Source: an uncultured Flavobacteriaceae bacterium (GTDB taxonomy: Bacteria; Bacteroidota; Bacteroidia; Flavobacteriales; Flavobacteriaceae). Taken from it: 64,000 bases of DNA. Location of the stretch: positions 5,211 through 69,210 of the forward strand of contig CBDTXN010000001.1 in assembly GCA_965364455.1 (NCBI GenBank). The letters are read 5' to 3'. The position numbers and the translations under genes are program-made. The notes under the pieces are model-generated. The model did not search any database and was not told the origin of the DNA. It worked only from the letters and a program-made list of their open reading frames with translations. Positions within the stretch are counted from its first letter, which is position 1, and each line of letters begins with the position of its first letter. Of the stretch, positions 1-9,959 are shown one piece after another.

Positions 1-609
1 ACAAAACAACCTAATGAAATAGACCTTGATGAGATCCAGGAGGTAAAAGGATTTATAAGAAAAACTGAAGCTATCGCCGGGGCGAGATACGCCGGACTAA
101 AAGACGATCAGATCCATTTTATGGCGCTTCCTTTTTATGAAACCGGAAAAAAGAAAAAGAATCCGGTAACTGAAGAAGATGTAAAATTAACGATGGAATT
201 GCTTAAAAAAATTAAACCTCACCAGGTATTTGCAGCCGGTGATTTCGCCGATCCGCATGGAACCCATATCGTTTGCTTCAGGATAATTTTAGAAGCCCTC
301 ACTCGTTTGAAGAAAACTGAAGACTGGGTTAAAGATTGCTGGTTATGGTTATATCGTGGTGCCTGGCAGGAATTCCAGGTACATGAAATTGAAATGGCTG
401 TTCCGCTTTCTCCTCAGGAAGTCCATAGAAAAAGACACGCGATCTTTCAGCATCAATCCCAGAAAGACAGGCCAGTATTCCCCGGTGATGATGAACGTGA
501 ATTCTGGATAAGAGCTGAAGAAAGAAATCGTGAGACAGCTGTAAATTATCATAAACTGGGTCTGGCGAATTATGAAGCTATGGAAGCCTTTGTACGTTGG
601 AAATTCTAG
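1..609 (+). CDS. nagB: 3' part of glucosamine-6-phosphate deaminase fused to a PIG-L/LmbE-like deacetylase domain (Bacteroidota long NagB), truncated by the window edge
   Basis: Frame +1 is open from base 1 (TKQPNEIDLDEIQEVKGFIRKTEA...). Motifs AGDFADPHGTH, WLYRGAW and HQSQKD are typical of the C-terminal domain of Bacteroidota long NagB. Confidence 0.8.
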   Translation, partial: TKQPNEIDLDEIQEVKGFIRKTEAIAGARYAGLKDDQIHFMALPFYETGKKKKNPVTEEDVKLTMELLKKIKPHQVFAAGDFADPHGTHIVCFRIILEALTRLKKTEDWVKDCWLWLYRGAWQEFQVHEIEMAVPLSPQEVHRKRHAIFQHQSQKDRPVFPGDDEREFWIRAEERNRETAVNYHKLGLANYEAMEAFVRWKF

Positions 610-628
610 GTAAAATAAAACCTGATAA

Positions 629-1564
629 ATGATGAATGGAGTAAAGCGAGGAATTTTTATAATTACCACAGGACTGCTTATTTCATGCAGTTCTAACCCT
701 TATAAGAAAACCAATAAAGTCTATAAAAAACAGGCAAAGGAATATGCCAAACAGCTTGAGGAATTCACCCCTGAAAAAGATAAAGAATCAGATACACTTA
801 ATTATGGTGAATATGCTGTTGGAACTACAAATTTCAACCTCAGGAAACCAAATTACGTCGTTATTCACCACACTGCACAGGATTCGGTGAGACAAACCTT
901 AAACACATTTACCCTTCCCAGAGCCCAGGTAAGCGCGCATTATGTAATATCCAGAGATGGAGAAATTTATCATATGCTCAACGATTATTACCGCGCATGG
1001 CATGGCGGAGTTGGAATGTGGGGAACCACTACCGACCTCAACTCTACCTCTATTGGAATTGAACTGGACAATAATGGTTTCGACACTTTTACCGAAGCCC
1101 AAATCAAAAGTCTGCTGGATGTTTTAAAGGAGCTAAAGACGAAATTCAATATTCCCGATAAAAATTTTATAGGTCATTCAGATATTGCTCCAGGAAGAAA
1201 AGTGGATCCCAATGCCAATTTTCCCTGGAAAAGACTGGCTGAGGAAGGTTATGGTTTATGGTATGATGAAGATGAAGTGAACAAGCTTAGAATGGAAATG
1301 GCACAACCATACACCTTGAACATTATGACGAGTGACATCCCCAGCTATGAATTAAACTTTTTAGATAATATTCTCTTTCCGGAAGTTATCCCGGAAGGAT
1401 TCGACCCTAAAATGGCATTAAAGGTCATTGGATATGATGTCTCAAATCTAGATGATGCTATCAAGTCATTTAAACTTCACTTTATTCAGGAAGATTATGA
1501 AGATCCTATTCTGAGTGAATATGAAATAAAAGTACTGTATAATCTATATCAGAAATTCCTTTGA
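629..1564 (+). CDS. N-acetylmuramoyl-L-alanine amidase (Amidase_2, AmiD/AmpD-like), lipoprotein
   Basis: Lipobox LLISC; zinc-amidase motifs VIHHT, SAHY, AWHGG, IGIELDN, GHSDIAPGRKVDP. Confidence 0.9.
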   Translation: MMNGVKRGIFIITTGLLISCSSNPYKKTNKVYKKQAKEYAKQLEEFTPEKDKESDTLNYGEYAVGTTNFNLRKPNYVVIHHTAQDSVRQTLNTFTLPRAQVSAHYVISRDGEIYHMLNDYYRAWHGGVGMWGTTTDLNSTSIGIELDNNGFDTFTEAQIKSLLDVLKELKTKFNIPDKNFIGHSDIAPGRKVDPNANFPWKRLAEEGYGLWYDEDEVNKLRMEMAQPYTLNIMTSDIPSYELNFLDNILFPEVIPEGFDPKMALKVIGYDVSNLDDAIKSFKLHFIQEDYEDPILSEYEIKVLYNLYQKFL

Positions 1565-1582
1565 TCAGAATTATATTACACC

Positions 1583-1621
1583 AAACAAAAAACCCGGGAT
1601 TATCACCCGGGCTTTTTGTTT
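1583..1621. terminator. Bidirectional intrinsic terminator
   Basis: AAACAAAAAACCCGGG-N7-CCCGGGCTTTTTGTTT lies between convergent genes. Confidence 0.8.
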
Positions 1622-1635
1622 ATAATTAATGCAGT

Positions 1636-2880
1636 TTATTCTGAAACCACTTCAGAACTTCCATCAGTAAAAATGTCTTTTTGTTTTAAATAAAGAAGCT
1701 TATCATCCTCCTCGTTAAAAACCCTTTTGGTTCGCAGATACCGATTGTAGTTATATTCATCAAATTCTGAATCTGTAGAGTCCATTGTGCTAACGTGAAC
1801 ATCTCCCATAGAATGAATGAATTTATTGTCACCGATCCACATTCCCACATGAATTACCCTTTCTGAAGTAGAATCTGTAGCGGGCCTTCCGAAGAATAGA
1901 AGATCTCCCGGGATCAGCTTTTCGAAATTTCTTGTAGTATCTATAAGTTTACCCGTGTGAACCTGTTGAGAAGCATCCCTTGGTAAAACGATGCCGTTAA
2001 GGAAGTAAACCGTTTTTGTAAAACCGCTGCAATCTACTCCTTTGGGAGAAGTTCCGCCCCACAGGTAAGGCAGACCCATCAATTTTTTTGAAGTTTCCAC
2101 TAGGTCCTCCTTTTCCATTTCCAGAGAACTTAACCATTCCTGGTAAGGTTTGGCTTCAGACGCTTCTATGAAAGCTTCTCTGCCGTCAGGATACTTGACC
2201 TTGTAAAAACCGTTTTCTTCGCTTAAAAGCTCTATAATGTCTCCGGCAACCAGATCTGCTACACTTTGAGAACTATTATCAGGTTTTTCATAAGAACCGC
2301 CGAAAGGCTTCAGGTAAATAAGTTTTTCTGCCGATTTCCATTCTGAAAATTCTTCAGGAGTTTTATTCGCCAGACCGCCGTAATCTACCCAGCCTAAATA
2401 ACCATCTGGAGTTTGAATATAATACCAGCCTCCTTGTTTCTTATAAACCTTTAAAGGCATTCCCAGTGTTGCCTGGGTTACCAGTTGTGCTGAATGTTTA
2501 GGCTCATCCCTTATGTTAGCCACTGAGATCTTTACCACACCCATAGTTTTACCTTCCAAACCTTTAGAATCTGGAAGCATGGCAATGCTATCGGTAAATT
2601 TTAGATCCTCAGCTTTCATTTTTTGCTTGAGATCTTCTACCGCATCGGGAAGATTAGATTCCCCTTTTAGGATATATGACTGATCTTTTTTTACAGCCTC
2701 TATATCAAAAAGCGCAACCCTTTTATCGGGAGCGTATTTTTCAGAAACCTGGGAAATGACCTTATTTGCTTCATTGACATCTTCTTTTTCAGCTTTTTCT
2801 CCACAGGAAACAAGTGTCAAAAAAGCCAAAAAGGCCAAATAGTTCAATCTGATATTCATAGTATTCAAATATTTATTCAA
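1636..2880 (-). CDS. SH3b-NlpC/P60 (C40) gamma-D-Glu-diamino acid endopeptidase, YkfC/dipeptidyl-peptidase VI-like lipoprotein (likely start 2859)
   Basis: PYLWGGTSPKGVDCSGF (catalytic Cys), LPRDASQQ, PGDLLFF, HVGM, FIHS; SH3b-like segments (TPDGYLGWV); lipobox LVSC; adjacent to an epimerase, as in ykfBC. Confidence 0.85.
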   Translation of the reverse strand: MNKYLNTMNIRLNYLAFLAFLTLVSCGEKAEKEDVNEANKVISQVSEKYAPDKRVALFDIEAVKKDQSYILKGESNLPDAVEDLKQKMKAEDLKFTDSIAMLPDSKGLEGKTMGVVKISVANIRDEPKHSAQLVTQATLGMPLKVYKKQGGWYYIQTPDGYLGWVDYGGLANKTPEEFSEWKSAEKLIYLKPFGGSYEKPDNSSQSVADLVAGDIIELLSEENGFYKVKYPDGREAFIEASEAKPYQEWLSSLEMEKEDLVETSKKLMGLPYLWGGTSPKGVDCSGFTKTVYFLNGIVLPRDASQQVHTGKLIDTTRNFEKLIPGDLLFFGRPATDSTSERVIHVGMWIGDNKFIHSMGDVHVSTMDSTDSEFDEYNYNRYLRTKRVFNEEDDKLLYLKQKDIFTDGSSEVVSE

Positions 2881-3892
2881 AATTAATCAATTTCGCTCCG
2901 GTTCCATTCCGATCTGGAAAATGAACCTGTGCATCATATACTTTCACTCCGTCGGCAATATCATCTTTTATAAGCAATCCACCATCCATATCCACATAAT
3001 CAAGCATTGGCAATAACTGTCCGATTGCAGACATCGAAACTGTAGATTCGGTCATGCAGCCAACCATAACTTTAAGACCAAGTGAGCGGGCCTTTTTGAT
3101 CATTCTCCTTCCAGGGGTTATTCCCGCACATTTGGTAAGCTTTATATTAACCCCATGGAAAAATGGTGCGCATTTTTCTACATCCTCCTCTACGATACAA
3201 CTTTCATCTGCGATCAAAGGAAGTTTTGATCTTTTATAAAGCTCCTTCATTCCTTCTGTATCTTCAGGTTTTAAAGGTTGCTCCAGGAATTCCACCTCAA
3301 GATCTTTTAGAGCATCACTGTTTTTTACAGCCTGTTCTACTGTCCAGGCAGCATTAGCATCTAAACGAAATACCGAATCTGTATGCTTTCGGAGTTCCTT
3401 TACAATGGCGATATCATCATCTGTTCCCAGTTTTATCTTATATAAAGGCCAGGGAAATTCAACGATCTTTTTTACCATATTTTCTACGGAATCTATACCA
3501 ATAGTATAATTGGTAAGCGGAACATTAGAATTATCAAGTTTCCACATTTTATAGAGCGGCATTCTGTTGCGTTTTCCGTGAAGATCATGAATGGCCATAT
3601 CCAAAGCACATTGAGCAAAAGGGTTATCTTTTAAATGCGGAAAAGTAAGCTCCCAGATCTCTTCCGGAGTACGATGAATATTCTTGGCGATTATTGGCTC
3701 TACAGATTTTATGGAAGCGATCATCTTTTCAACCGTTACTCCGTAATATACCGTAGCGGCAGCCTCCCCAAAACCGGTAAAACCACCATCAGATAAAATA
3801 ACAATTAGTGTTGGCTGGAAATCGCGTGAACCATGGCTGATGGTAAAAGTGTTTTTTAACTCTAAATTGAAACTTTTAAAAGCTATTTCCAT
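2873..3892 (-). CDS. L-Ala-D/L-Glu dipeptide epimerase (enolase superfamily, YkfB/YcjG-like)
   Basis: KIK, LDAN, EQP, IADES, NIKLTKC, GCMTES and DMDG motifs of the MLE subgroup. Confidence 0.88.
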   Translation of the reverse strand: MEIAFKSFNLELKNTFTISHGSRDFQPTLIVILSDGGFTGFGEAAATVYYGVTVEKMIASIKSVEPIIAKNIHRTPEEIWELTFPHLKDNPFAQCALDMAIHDLHGKRNRMPLYKMWKLDNSNVPLTNYTIGIDSVENMVKKIVEFPWPLYKIKLGTDDDIAIVKELRKHTDSVFRLDANAAWTVEQAVKNSDALKDLEVEFLEQPLKPEDTEGMKELYKRSKLPLIADESCIVEEDVEKCAPFFHGVNIKLTKCAGITPGRRMIKKARSLGLKVMVGCMTESTVSMSAIGQLLPMLDYVDMDGGLLIKDDIADGVKVYDAQVHFPDRNGTGAKLINFE

Positions 3893-3901
3893 TTTTAAGA
3901 T

Positions 3902-5350
3902 TTATTTCAAATTCGATCCTTTATTATGATTCAGCCAAAGCCCAAGAAAGGTTAATGCAGCATTCACCAGCAATATTTCAAATCCAAACTGGTACCCATT
4001 AAACCAGGCTTCAGAATTCTGATCAAGGATCACCGAAATTATAGGAGCCAGGATACAGATATAAGGGACGAATTTATCCCTGACGGCTCTTTTATTAAGT
4101 AACCCAAAGGCAAATAAACCTAATAGTGGCCCATAAGTGAATCCGGCTACTTTAAAAACAGCGCTCACCACACTTGTATCATTGAAGCTATTAAAAATAA
4201 TGATTACCAGGAACATAAGCAGGGTAAAACCAATATGAACCAGTAAGCGTGTTTTTCTCTGACCGGTTTTCTTATTGGGAAGATCAAGAATATCCACACA
4301 AAAGGAGGTGGTTAAAGCGGTTAAAGCAGAATCGGCACTGGAAAATGCCGCAGCGATGATCCCCAGTAAAAAGACCACTCCGGCAAGTATCCCAAAATGA
4401 TTCAAGGCCAGTAATGGATAAAGGTCATCTGTACTTTCAGGAATAGAGATTCCCTGATCCATAGCAAATTTATACAATAACACACCCAAGGCCAGGAATA
4501 ATACCGTTGAAAAGAAAAAGGTAACCGAGAACCATAAAATATTTTTCTGGGCGTCCTTTTTATTCCTGCAGGTTAAATTCTTCTGCATTACATTCTGATC
4601 CAGGCCATTCATCGCGATGGTTATAAATATTCCCGCCAGGAAGGTTTTAAAGAAATTCCTGTTCGAGCGCCAGTCCCAGTCAAAAACGGTAGACATTTTA
4701 CTTTCAGAAACAGTAGTGATCATTTCTGAAAAGCTTAATCCCATCTGGTCTACGATCATCACTATACTTATAACAACAGCAAGTAACAGGAAGGTTGTCT
4801 GTAAAGTATCGGTCCATACGATGGTCTTAATACCACCTCTGAAGGTGTATAACCAGATAAGAAGAATCGTAGTAAGTACAGTTATATAAAATGGTATTCC
4901 GAAAGCATCAAAAAAGGCGATTTGAAGAACCACCGCGGCAAGGAATAATCTGAAAGATGCACCAATGGTCTGGGAGATAAGGAAAAATACCGAACCTGTA
5001 TAATAGGATTTCTGGCCGAATCTATTCTTTAAATATTCATAGATGGAAACCAGTTTCAGCTTATAAAATAAAGGGATAAGCACAAAAGCAATTACCGCAT
5101 AGCCAATCATATTACCCATCACAAACTGCAGATAGGTCCAGTTAGAGTTTCCTACTTCCCCTGGAACCGAAATAAAGGTGACTCCAGATAAGGATGCTCC
5201 CACCATTCCGAAGGCTACCAAAAACCAGGGAGACTGGCGGTTCGCGGTAAAAAAGGTCTCGTTATCAGATTTTCCGGAAGTAAAGTAACTAATCCCCAGA
5301 AGGACTATAAAATATGCCGCAATAACACCAAATACCAGTAAAGGGCTCAT
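3902..5350 (-). CDS. Sodium:solute symporter (SSS family)
   Basis: About 13 hydrophobic segments; SLSGVTFISVPG, SIYEYLKNRFG, GGIKTIVWTD, AAAFSSADS. Confidence 0.9.
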   Translation of the reverse strand: MSPLLVFGVIAAYFIVLLGISYFTSGKSDNETFFTANRQSPWFLVAFGMVGASLSGVTFISVPGEVGNSNWTYLQFVMGNMIGYAVIAFVLIPLFYKLKLVSIYEYLKNRFGQKSYYTGSVFFLISQTIGASFRLFLAAVVLQIAFFDAFGIPFYITVLTTILLIWLYTFRGGIKTIVWTDTLQTTFLLLAVVISIVMIVDQMGLSFSEMITTVSESKMSTVFDWDWRSNRNFFKTFLAGIFITIAMNGLDQNVMQKNLTCRNKKDAQKNILWFSVTFFFSTVLFLALGVLLYKFAMDQGISIPESTDDLYPLLALNHFGILAGVVFLLGIIAAAFSSADSALTALTTSFCVDILDLPNKKTGQRKTRLLVHIGFTLLMFLVIIIFNSFNDTSVVSAVFKVAGFTYGPLLGLFAFGLLNKRAVRDKFVPYICILAPIISVILDQNSEAWFNGYQFGFEILLVNAALTFLGLWLNHNKGSNLK

Positions 5351-6976
5351 CTACTTATTATTTAGGTCTATTTCTTTAAATTCACTTTGGTTACCCAGCC
5401 TGTCAACCGCGGTAATTCCAATCTTATCCATAGCTCTTTTCTTTTCTCCAACTATATTCTGAAGACTATAGAAAGTAACATCTCCGGAAAGGATCTTGTA
5501 ATCCCAGTTTCCTTCATCATATTTAAACCAAAGAACATATTTATCTACTTCAGAAGGTTGAGAAACCTCCCATTTCATTTGAAGCCTGTCATTTTCTATA
5601 CTAACATTCACTATTGGAGTGTCTGGTGCCGAATCATCTATCCAGGGGCTTGCCGGGACCAGGGTTCTTTTTCTATAAGGTCCTTCAACCAAAGCTTTGG
5701 CCAGATCTTCATGTTCTAAAAGCGGGCCTATACTCCAATGAACCGTTCCCTTGCTTTCCGGAAGCATTCCACGGGTGATCATTATCTGGTTTATGGTTTC
5801 ATCAATATTCTTCTCATCACCGCCAAGACCTACTTTAATGCCCGGCCATAAGTGCCTGTTTTTAGTGTTTTCAGATTCCCACCATCCTAATAGTTCAGGG
5901 AAACTTTGCCCATATTGATTGATCTGCCAGTATAATTGCGGAGTAAAATAATCTATCCAGCCTTCGTTCAGCCATAATTTGGCATCAGCATAAAGTTTAT
6001 CATATTGATCATATCCACTAACAGATTGGGGGTATCCCGGTCTCCAGATCCCAAAAGGACTTAAACCGAATTTCACATATGGTTTTTCAGCTTTGATCTC
6101 GTTATAGATCCTCTTGATGAACCTGTTCACATTATCCCTTCTCCAATCGGCTCTGGAGAGCTTTCCATTCTCATTTTGATAAGCCAGAAAGGAAGAATTA
6201 TCCGGAAAATCATTACCGTCATTATAAGAATCGTAAGGATAAAAATAATCGTCGAAATGAACCCCATCTATATCATAGCGCTGCACAATATCCATAACCA
6301 CTGCTGCTGAATGATCCTGAGTTTTACTATTCGCGGGATCCAGCCACCACATCCCGTTGGCAAGCTCGATTGCCAATTCAGGTTTCTTCCTGATAATCGA
6401 AGTTTCAGTAATATCTCCTCCAGTGGTATGATGTGCACGATAAGGATTTAACCATACATGCAATTCCAGACCTCTTTTGTGAGCTTCGGCGATCCAGAAC
6501 TCCAAAGGATCGTAAAATGGCTCAGGAGCTTTTCCCTGCTTTCCGGTAAGAAAATAAGACCAGGGCTCCAGATCACTTTTATATAATGCATCTGCCTGTG
6601 GTCTAACCTGGAATATCACCGCATTAAAGTTATGCGACTGAAGAAAATCTAAAAGTTTTAGTGCTTCCTGTTTTTGTTGAGAAGTGGAAAGACCGCCTTT
6701 ACTTGGCCAGTTTATATTAGCCACCGTTGCCACCCAGGCCGCCCTGAATTCTTGGATATTTAAAGGAGGTTGTTTCTTTTCCTTCTTTGAAATACTTATT
6801 TCCTCCTCGGGGATCTCCTCCTCCTGTTCTACGATAACTTTCTCTTCTTTCTCACTATTTATTGGCTGAGTTTCTTCAGTAGGCTCTTCTTTACTGGGAG
6901 TTACAGTTTGAGTAGACTTACAGCCAAACATAAAAAGTACAAATAGAACAGGAAGGATCTTTAAAATTCTGGTCAT
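5351..6976 (-). CDS. GHL10/DUF187 glycoside hydrolase (DigH/YddW-like) lipoprotein with a C-terminal FN3-like domain
   Basis: EFRAAWVATVANINWPS, FQVRPQADALY, ELHVWLNPYR, DGVHFDDYFYPY, PQLYW; lipobox MFGC. Confidence 0.85.
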   Translation of the reverse strand: MTRILKILPVLFVLFMFGCKSTQTVTPSKEEPTEETQPINSEKEEKVIVEQEEEIPEEEISISKKEKKQPPLNIQEFRAAWVATVANINWPSKGGLSTSQQKQEALKLLDFLQSHNFNAVIFQVRPQADALYKSDLEPWSYFLTGKQGKAPEPFYDPLEFWIAEAHKRGLELHVWLNPYRAHHTTGGDITETSIIRKKPELAIELANGMWWLDPANSKTQDHSAAVVMDIVQRYDIDGVHFDDYFYPYDSYNDGNDFPDNSSFLAYQNENGKLSRADWRRDNVNRFIKRIYNEIKAEKPYVKFGLSPFGIWRPGYPQSVSGYDQYDKLYADAKLWLNEGWIDYFTPQLYWQINQYGQSFPELLGWWESENTKNRHLWPGIKVGLGGDEKNIDETINQIMITRGMLPESKGTVHWSIGPLLEHEDLAKALVEGPYRKRTLVPASPWIDDSAPDTPIVNVSIENDRLQMKWEVSQPSEVDKYVLWFKYDEGNWDYKILSGDVTFYSLQNIVGEKKRAMDKIGITAVDRLGNQSEFKEIDLNNK

Positions 6977-6988
6977 TTAGGGCGGTAA

Positions 6989-8140
6989 TTAATTCTTATG
7001 TGTTTTTATCTCATTTTTAATAACATCCAGTAAACCTTCAGGTTTATCTCCAGATAATCTCCAGAACATTATTCCTCCAAGATTATTTTCCAAAGCGTAA
7101 TCTGTTTTACCGGAAACCGATAAAGAGTCGTCATAAGTTATAAAAACGCCTTTTTCGGGGTTGTAAATATATGGAGAGTGAGCTTCAGAATCCCAGAAAT
7201 ATTTATATCCTGATGAAGTTTTTGCATAGTCCTCCAGATCCTTAAATAGAACAGATTCTTTGAATTTTCCTTTCTGATAAAGGCCATTTAAAGAATCGGG
7301 AACTTCTTCCCATACCCGTGCATAAAATGCAGCTCCTATGACCATCTTTTCAGAAGGCACGCCGATTGAATCCAAATATTGAATAGAATTATCTGCAGAC
7401 GACTTCTGCCCTTTAGTTGAATATAAGGAGGTATGATGCCCGGTCTTAGTACTTCCTCCACTAACCATATCGTAGGTCATGATATTTACGTGATCTACCA
7501 GAGGCATCACTTTATTCCAGTCCACAGATTTTTCCAGGTAATCCCTGAAACCACCGGCAGCAAAACTTATTACTTTATCCTTACCGAGAACATCGCGTAA
7601 TTCGCTTACCAGCATGGTGAAGTTTTCCCGATCTTGAGGCTTATATGCATGACCCTGATACCCGGCTATTGCAGGATATTCCCAATCAAGGTCAATACCG
7701 TCTGCATTATATTCTTTTAAAATCTGGCCTACCGAAATTACAAAGTCGTTTATGCCTCGTTCCGAAGAAAAAACTTCAGAACAGGTTTCGCAACCTCCCC
7801 AGCCTCCTAGAGAAATAAGTACTTTCAGATTAGGGTTTACTTCTTTTAAAGATTTGAGATATTCCAGATTATGACTGTCTTCAGAAGTGACTTTTAGCTG
7901 GTTTCCTTCAAGATGCAGAAAACTATAAATCACCTGGTCAAGCTGGCGTGCAGTTTTATCTTCTATCTCCCTGCCCAGGCCAGTCCAGTAAGCGATTACT
8001 TTAAAATCATCATTTTGAGCTGCTATTACCTCGCTTTTTAATTCCTTCTCTTTTGCTGCAGCTTTGTTTTTGCAGGAAATGAGACTGAAAACCAGGGCTA
8101 CTAAAAGTAAAACCTGCGTGATTAACTTCAATTTTTTCAT
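6989..8140 (-). CDS. GH18 chitinase-like glycoside hydrolase, lipoprotein, catalytic domain only
   Basis: SLGGW, intact DGIDLDWEYP (DxxDxDxE), MTYD, TYDD, LGGIMFW; lipobox LISC. Confidence 0.9.
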   Translation of the reverse strand: MKKLKLITQVLLLVALVFSLISCKNKAAAKEKELKSEVIAAQNDDFKVIAYWTGLGREIEDKTARQLDQVIYSFLHLEGNQLKVTSEDSHNLEYLKSLKEVNPNLKVLISLGGWGGCETCSEVFSSERGINDFVISVGQILKEYNADGIDLDWEYPAIAGYQGHAYKPQDRENFTMLVSELRDVLGKDKVISFAAGGFRDYLEKSVDWNKVMPLVDHVNIMTYDMVSGGSTKTGHHTSLYSTKGQKSSADNSIQYLDSIGVPSEKMVIGAAFYARVWEEVPDSLNGLYQKGKFKESVLFKDLEDYAKTSSGYKYFWDSEAHSPYIYNPEKGVFITYDDSLSVSGKTDYALENNLGGIMFWRLSGDKPEGLLDVIKNEIKTHKN

Positions 8141-8190
8141 GATCTGATTCTTTAAAAGAATTAAATATTTAAGGAGTGACTAGCGGAAAT

Positions 8191-8228
8191 AAAAAAGATC
8201 GCCAAAATTATTTTTGACGACCTTTTTT
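8191..8228 (-). terminator. Intrinsic terminator/stabilising hairpin after susD
   Basis: Minus strand reads GGTCGTCAAAA-ATAA-TTTTGGCGATC-TTTTTT. It pairs fully with G-U wobbles only on this strand. Confidence 0.7.
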
Positions 8229-8246
8229 GCTAATCCTAATATAAAA

Positions 8247-9950
8247 TTAATTGTCTGCAGACCACCAAAGTTCTGTTCCCTGCTCATCAGGTCCCTGAAC
8301 TCCTATAGCTTCTTGCAGATTAGATCCATTCGTATTGTATTCTACGTTTCCATATCTCATTCTTTCCGGATATTCACCATTAAGTGTTCCGGCAGAGTAA
8401 ATATCATAATCAGATACACCGTCAGCTAGTTCAGCAGGGTATCCTGTATCACGAACAATTGCCCATGCTTCAAAACCATCGGTATAAGCTGCTATCCATC
8501 TTTGAACAGCGATCTTCTCAAGATTTTCTTCCATGCTTCCGGTAAGCATAGCCATTTCCTCATTAGCAAGGAATTCAGCAATCGCTCCCTCATCTACGCT
8601 CCATTGCAGCATAGACTGTCTTATACCTTCCTGGTAAAGTGCCTGTGCGTCTCCGGCACCAAGTCCTTTCACCGCTGCTTCTGCCTGCAAAAAGTTTCCT
8701 TCCGCAGCAGTCATAACGACTTCAGGAGCAATTGGAGCTCCGCTATTTTTAGGGTTTACTACATAGTCAGCCGGAGCCGAGAATAATTCATATTTAACAT
8801 GAGGATAAATATCACCATTAAGTCTGGTTGGCTGGCCTACATAGTAAGTACCTTCAGCTACAGAAATAGTAAACTCATCGGCAGAACCGCTTCGGGTATA
8901 CTCTACTCCCGCATTGTCTAATTCCCCTAGAATGAAATCTACATATTTATCAAATAGAGCGACACCATTTCCTTCTGCCGGCCTGGTAAAAACAACATCT
9001 CCACCAATAATAGGTTCTGCATAATAGGGTAAACGTGGGTCATTATTATCTCTAAGGTAATCTACCAGTGTCTTACCAACTTTCCACTTAGACCCAAGTC
9101 CGCCGAAATTATGCCAGACATCTCCATAAGCAGCATTCCCAAATTGATCTATCTCTGTATCCTTTTCCATAAGGGCATTCTCATCGGCCGCCGTAAGCAG
9201 TGGATTCTGAAGTGCTGAACTTATGGCTGAAGTAGCAAAATCAGCTCCTGAAGCTCCCTGAGCTCTTAAAGCCATTCTCAATTTAAGAGTATTAGCCAGT
9301 TTTTTCCATTTCTGAAGGTCTCCATTAAAGAAAAGATCGTTTTCAGCTAAGAATTCAAGTCCTTCTCCAGTAATACTTTCCTCGCCAATGATACTCATCG
9401 CTTCGTCAAGCTCTGCGATCACTCCCTGATAAATTTCAGCCTGTGTATCGAATTTAGGAGTAACGATATCTGGATTTGAAGCCTCTGTATAAGGAACCAT
9501 ACCAAAAGTATCGGTATACATTTGGTAATAAAGTCCTTTCATGATTAATCCAATAGCGTAGAATTTATCATTTTCAAGCTCTCCTCCAGGCCTAACGAAA
9601 TTCTGATAAGTACTGAATTTCCCTAAATAACCAGCTATCCAGTCATAGGCGGCATCAGTATATCCTACATTGTAACTGTAGGCTAAACCGTCTGTCCACC
9701 AGCAACCATTGTAACCAAAAGTAAACTGGCCGGCAAAGCGATCTGCGTGGATCAATTGTGCTCTCCAATAAGGAAATCTGTTTGGAGCATAGAGTTCAAT
9801 TTGTAAACCGGTAAGGAAATACTTAGCACTTACCTCTTCTGAGGTAAAAGCATCCGGTTGCGTATTTATTTCTTCGAAGTCTGAACAGCCTGATATCAAA
9901 AAGACCAAAAGTAGCAAGCTTCCGCTGAAGATTTTTAATATTCCTTTCAT
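8247..9950 (-). CDS. SusD/RagB-family nutrient-binding outer-membrane lipoprotein
   Basis: Lipobox ISGC; TDTFGMVPYTEA, KWKKLANTLKLR, NNDPRL, QRWIA..DGFEAW..R.TGYP; directly follows SusC. Confidence 0.9.
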   Translation of the reverse strand: MKGILKIFSGSLLLLVFLISGCSDFEEINTQPDAFTSEEVSAKYFLTGLQIELYAPNRFPYWRAQLIHADRFAGQFTFGYNGCWWTDGLAYSYNVGYTDAAYDWIAGYLGKFSTYQNFVRPGGELENDKFYAIGLIMKGLYYQMYTDTFGMVPYTEASNPDIVTPKFDTQAEIYQGVIAELDEAMSIIGEESITGEGLEFLAENDLFFNGDLQKWKKLANTLKLRMALRAQGASGADFATSAISSALQNPLLTAADENALMEKDTEIDQFGNAAYGDVWHNFGGLGSKWKVGKTLVDYLRDNNDPRLPYYAEPIIGGDVVFTRPAEGNGVALFDKYVDFILGELDNAGVEYTRSGSADEFTISVAEGTYYVGQPTRLNGDIYPHVKYELFSAPADYVVNPKNSGAPIAPEVVMTAAEGNFLQAEAAVKGLGAGDAQALYQEGIRQSMLQWSVDEGAIAEFLANEEMAMLTGSMEENLEKIAVQRWIAAYTDGFEAWAIVRDTGYPAELADGVSDYDIYSAGTLNGEYPERMRYGNVEYNTNGSNLQEAIGVQGPDEQGTELWWSADN

Positions 9951-9959
9951 AACTCTTTT

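Noticed and set aside
6989-8140. Calling the locus a chitin PUL from GH18 plus GH20
   Set aside because: The GH18 is a lone catalytic domain with no recognisable chitin-binding module, and murQ, the amidase, YkfC and the epimerase are peptidoglycan-specific. Chito-oligomer use is not excluded.
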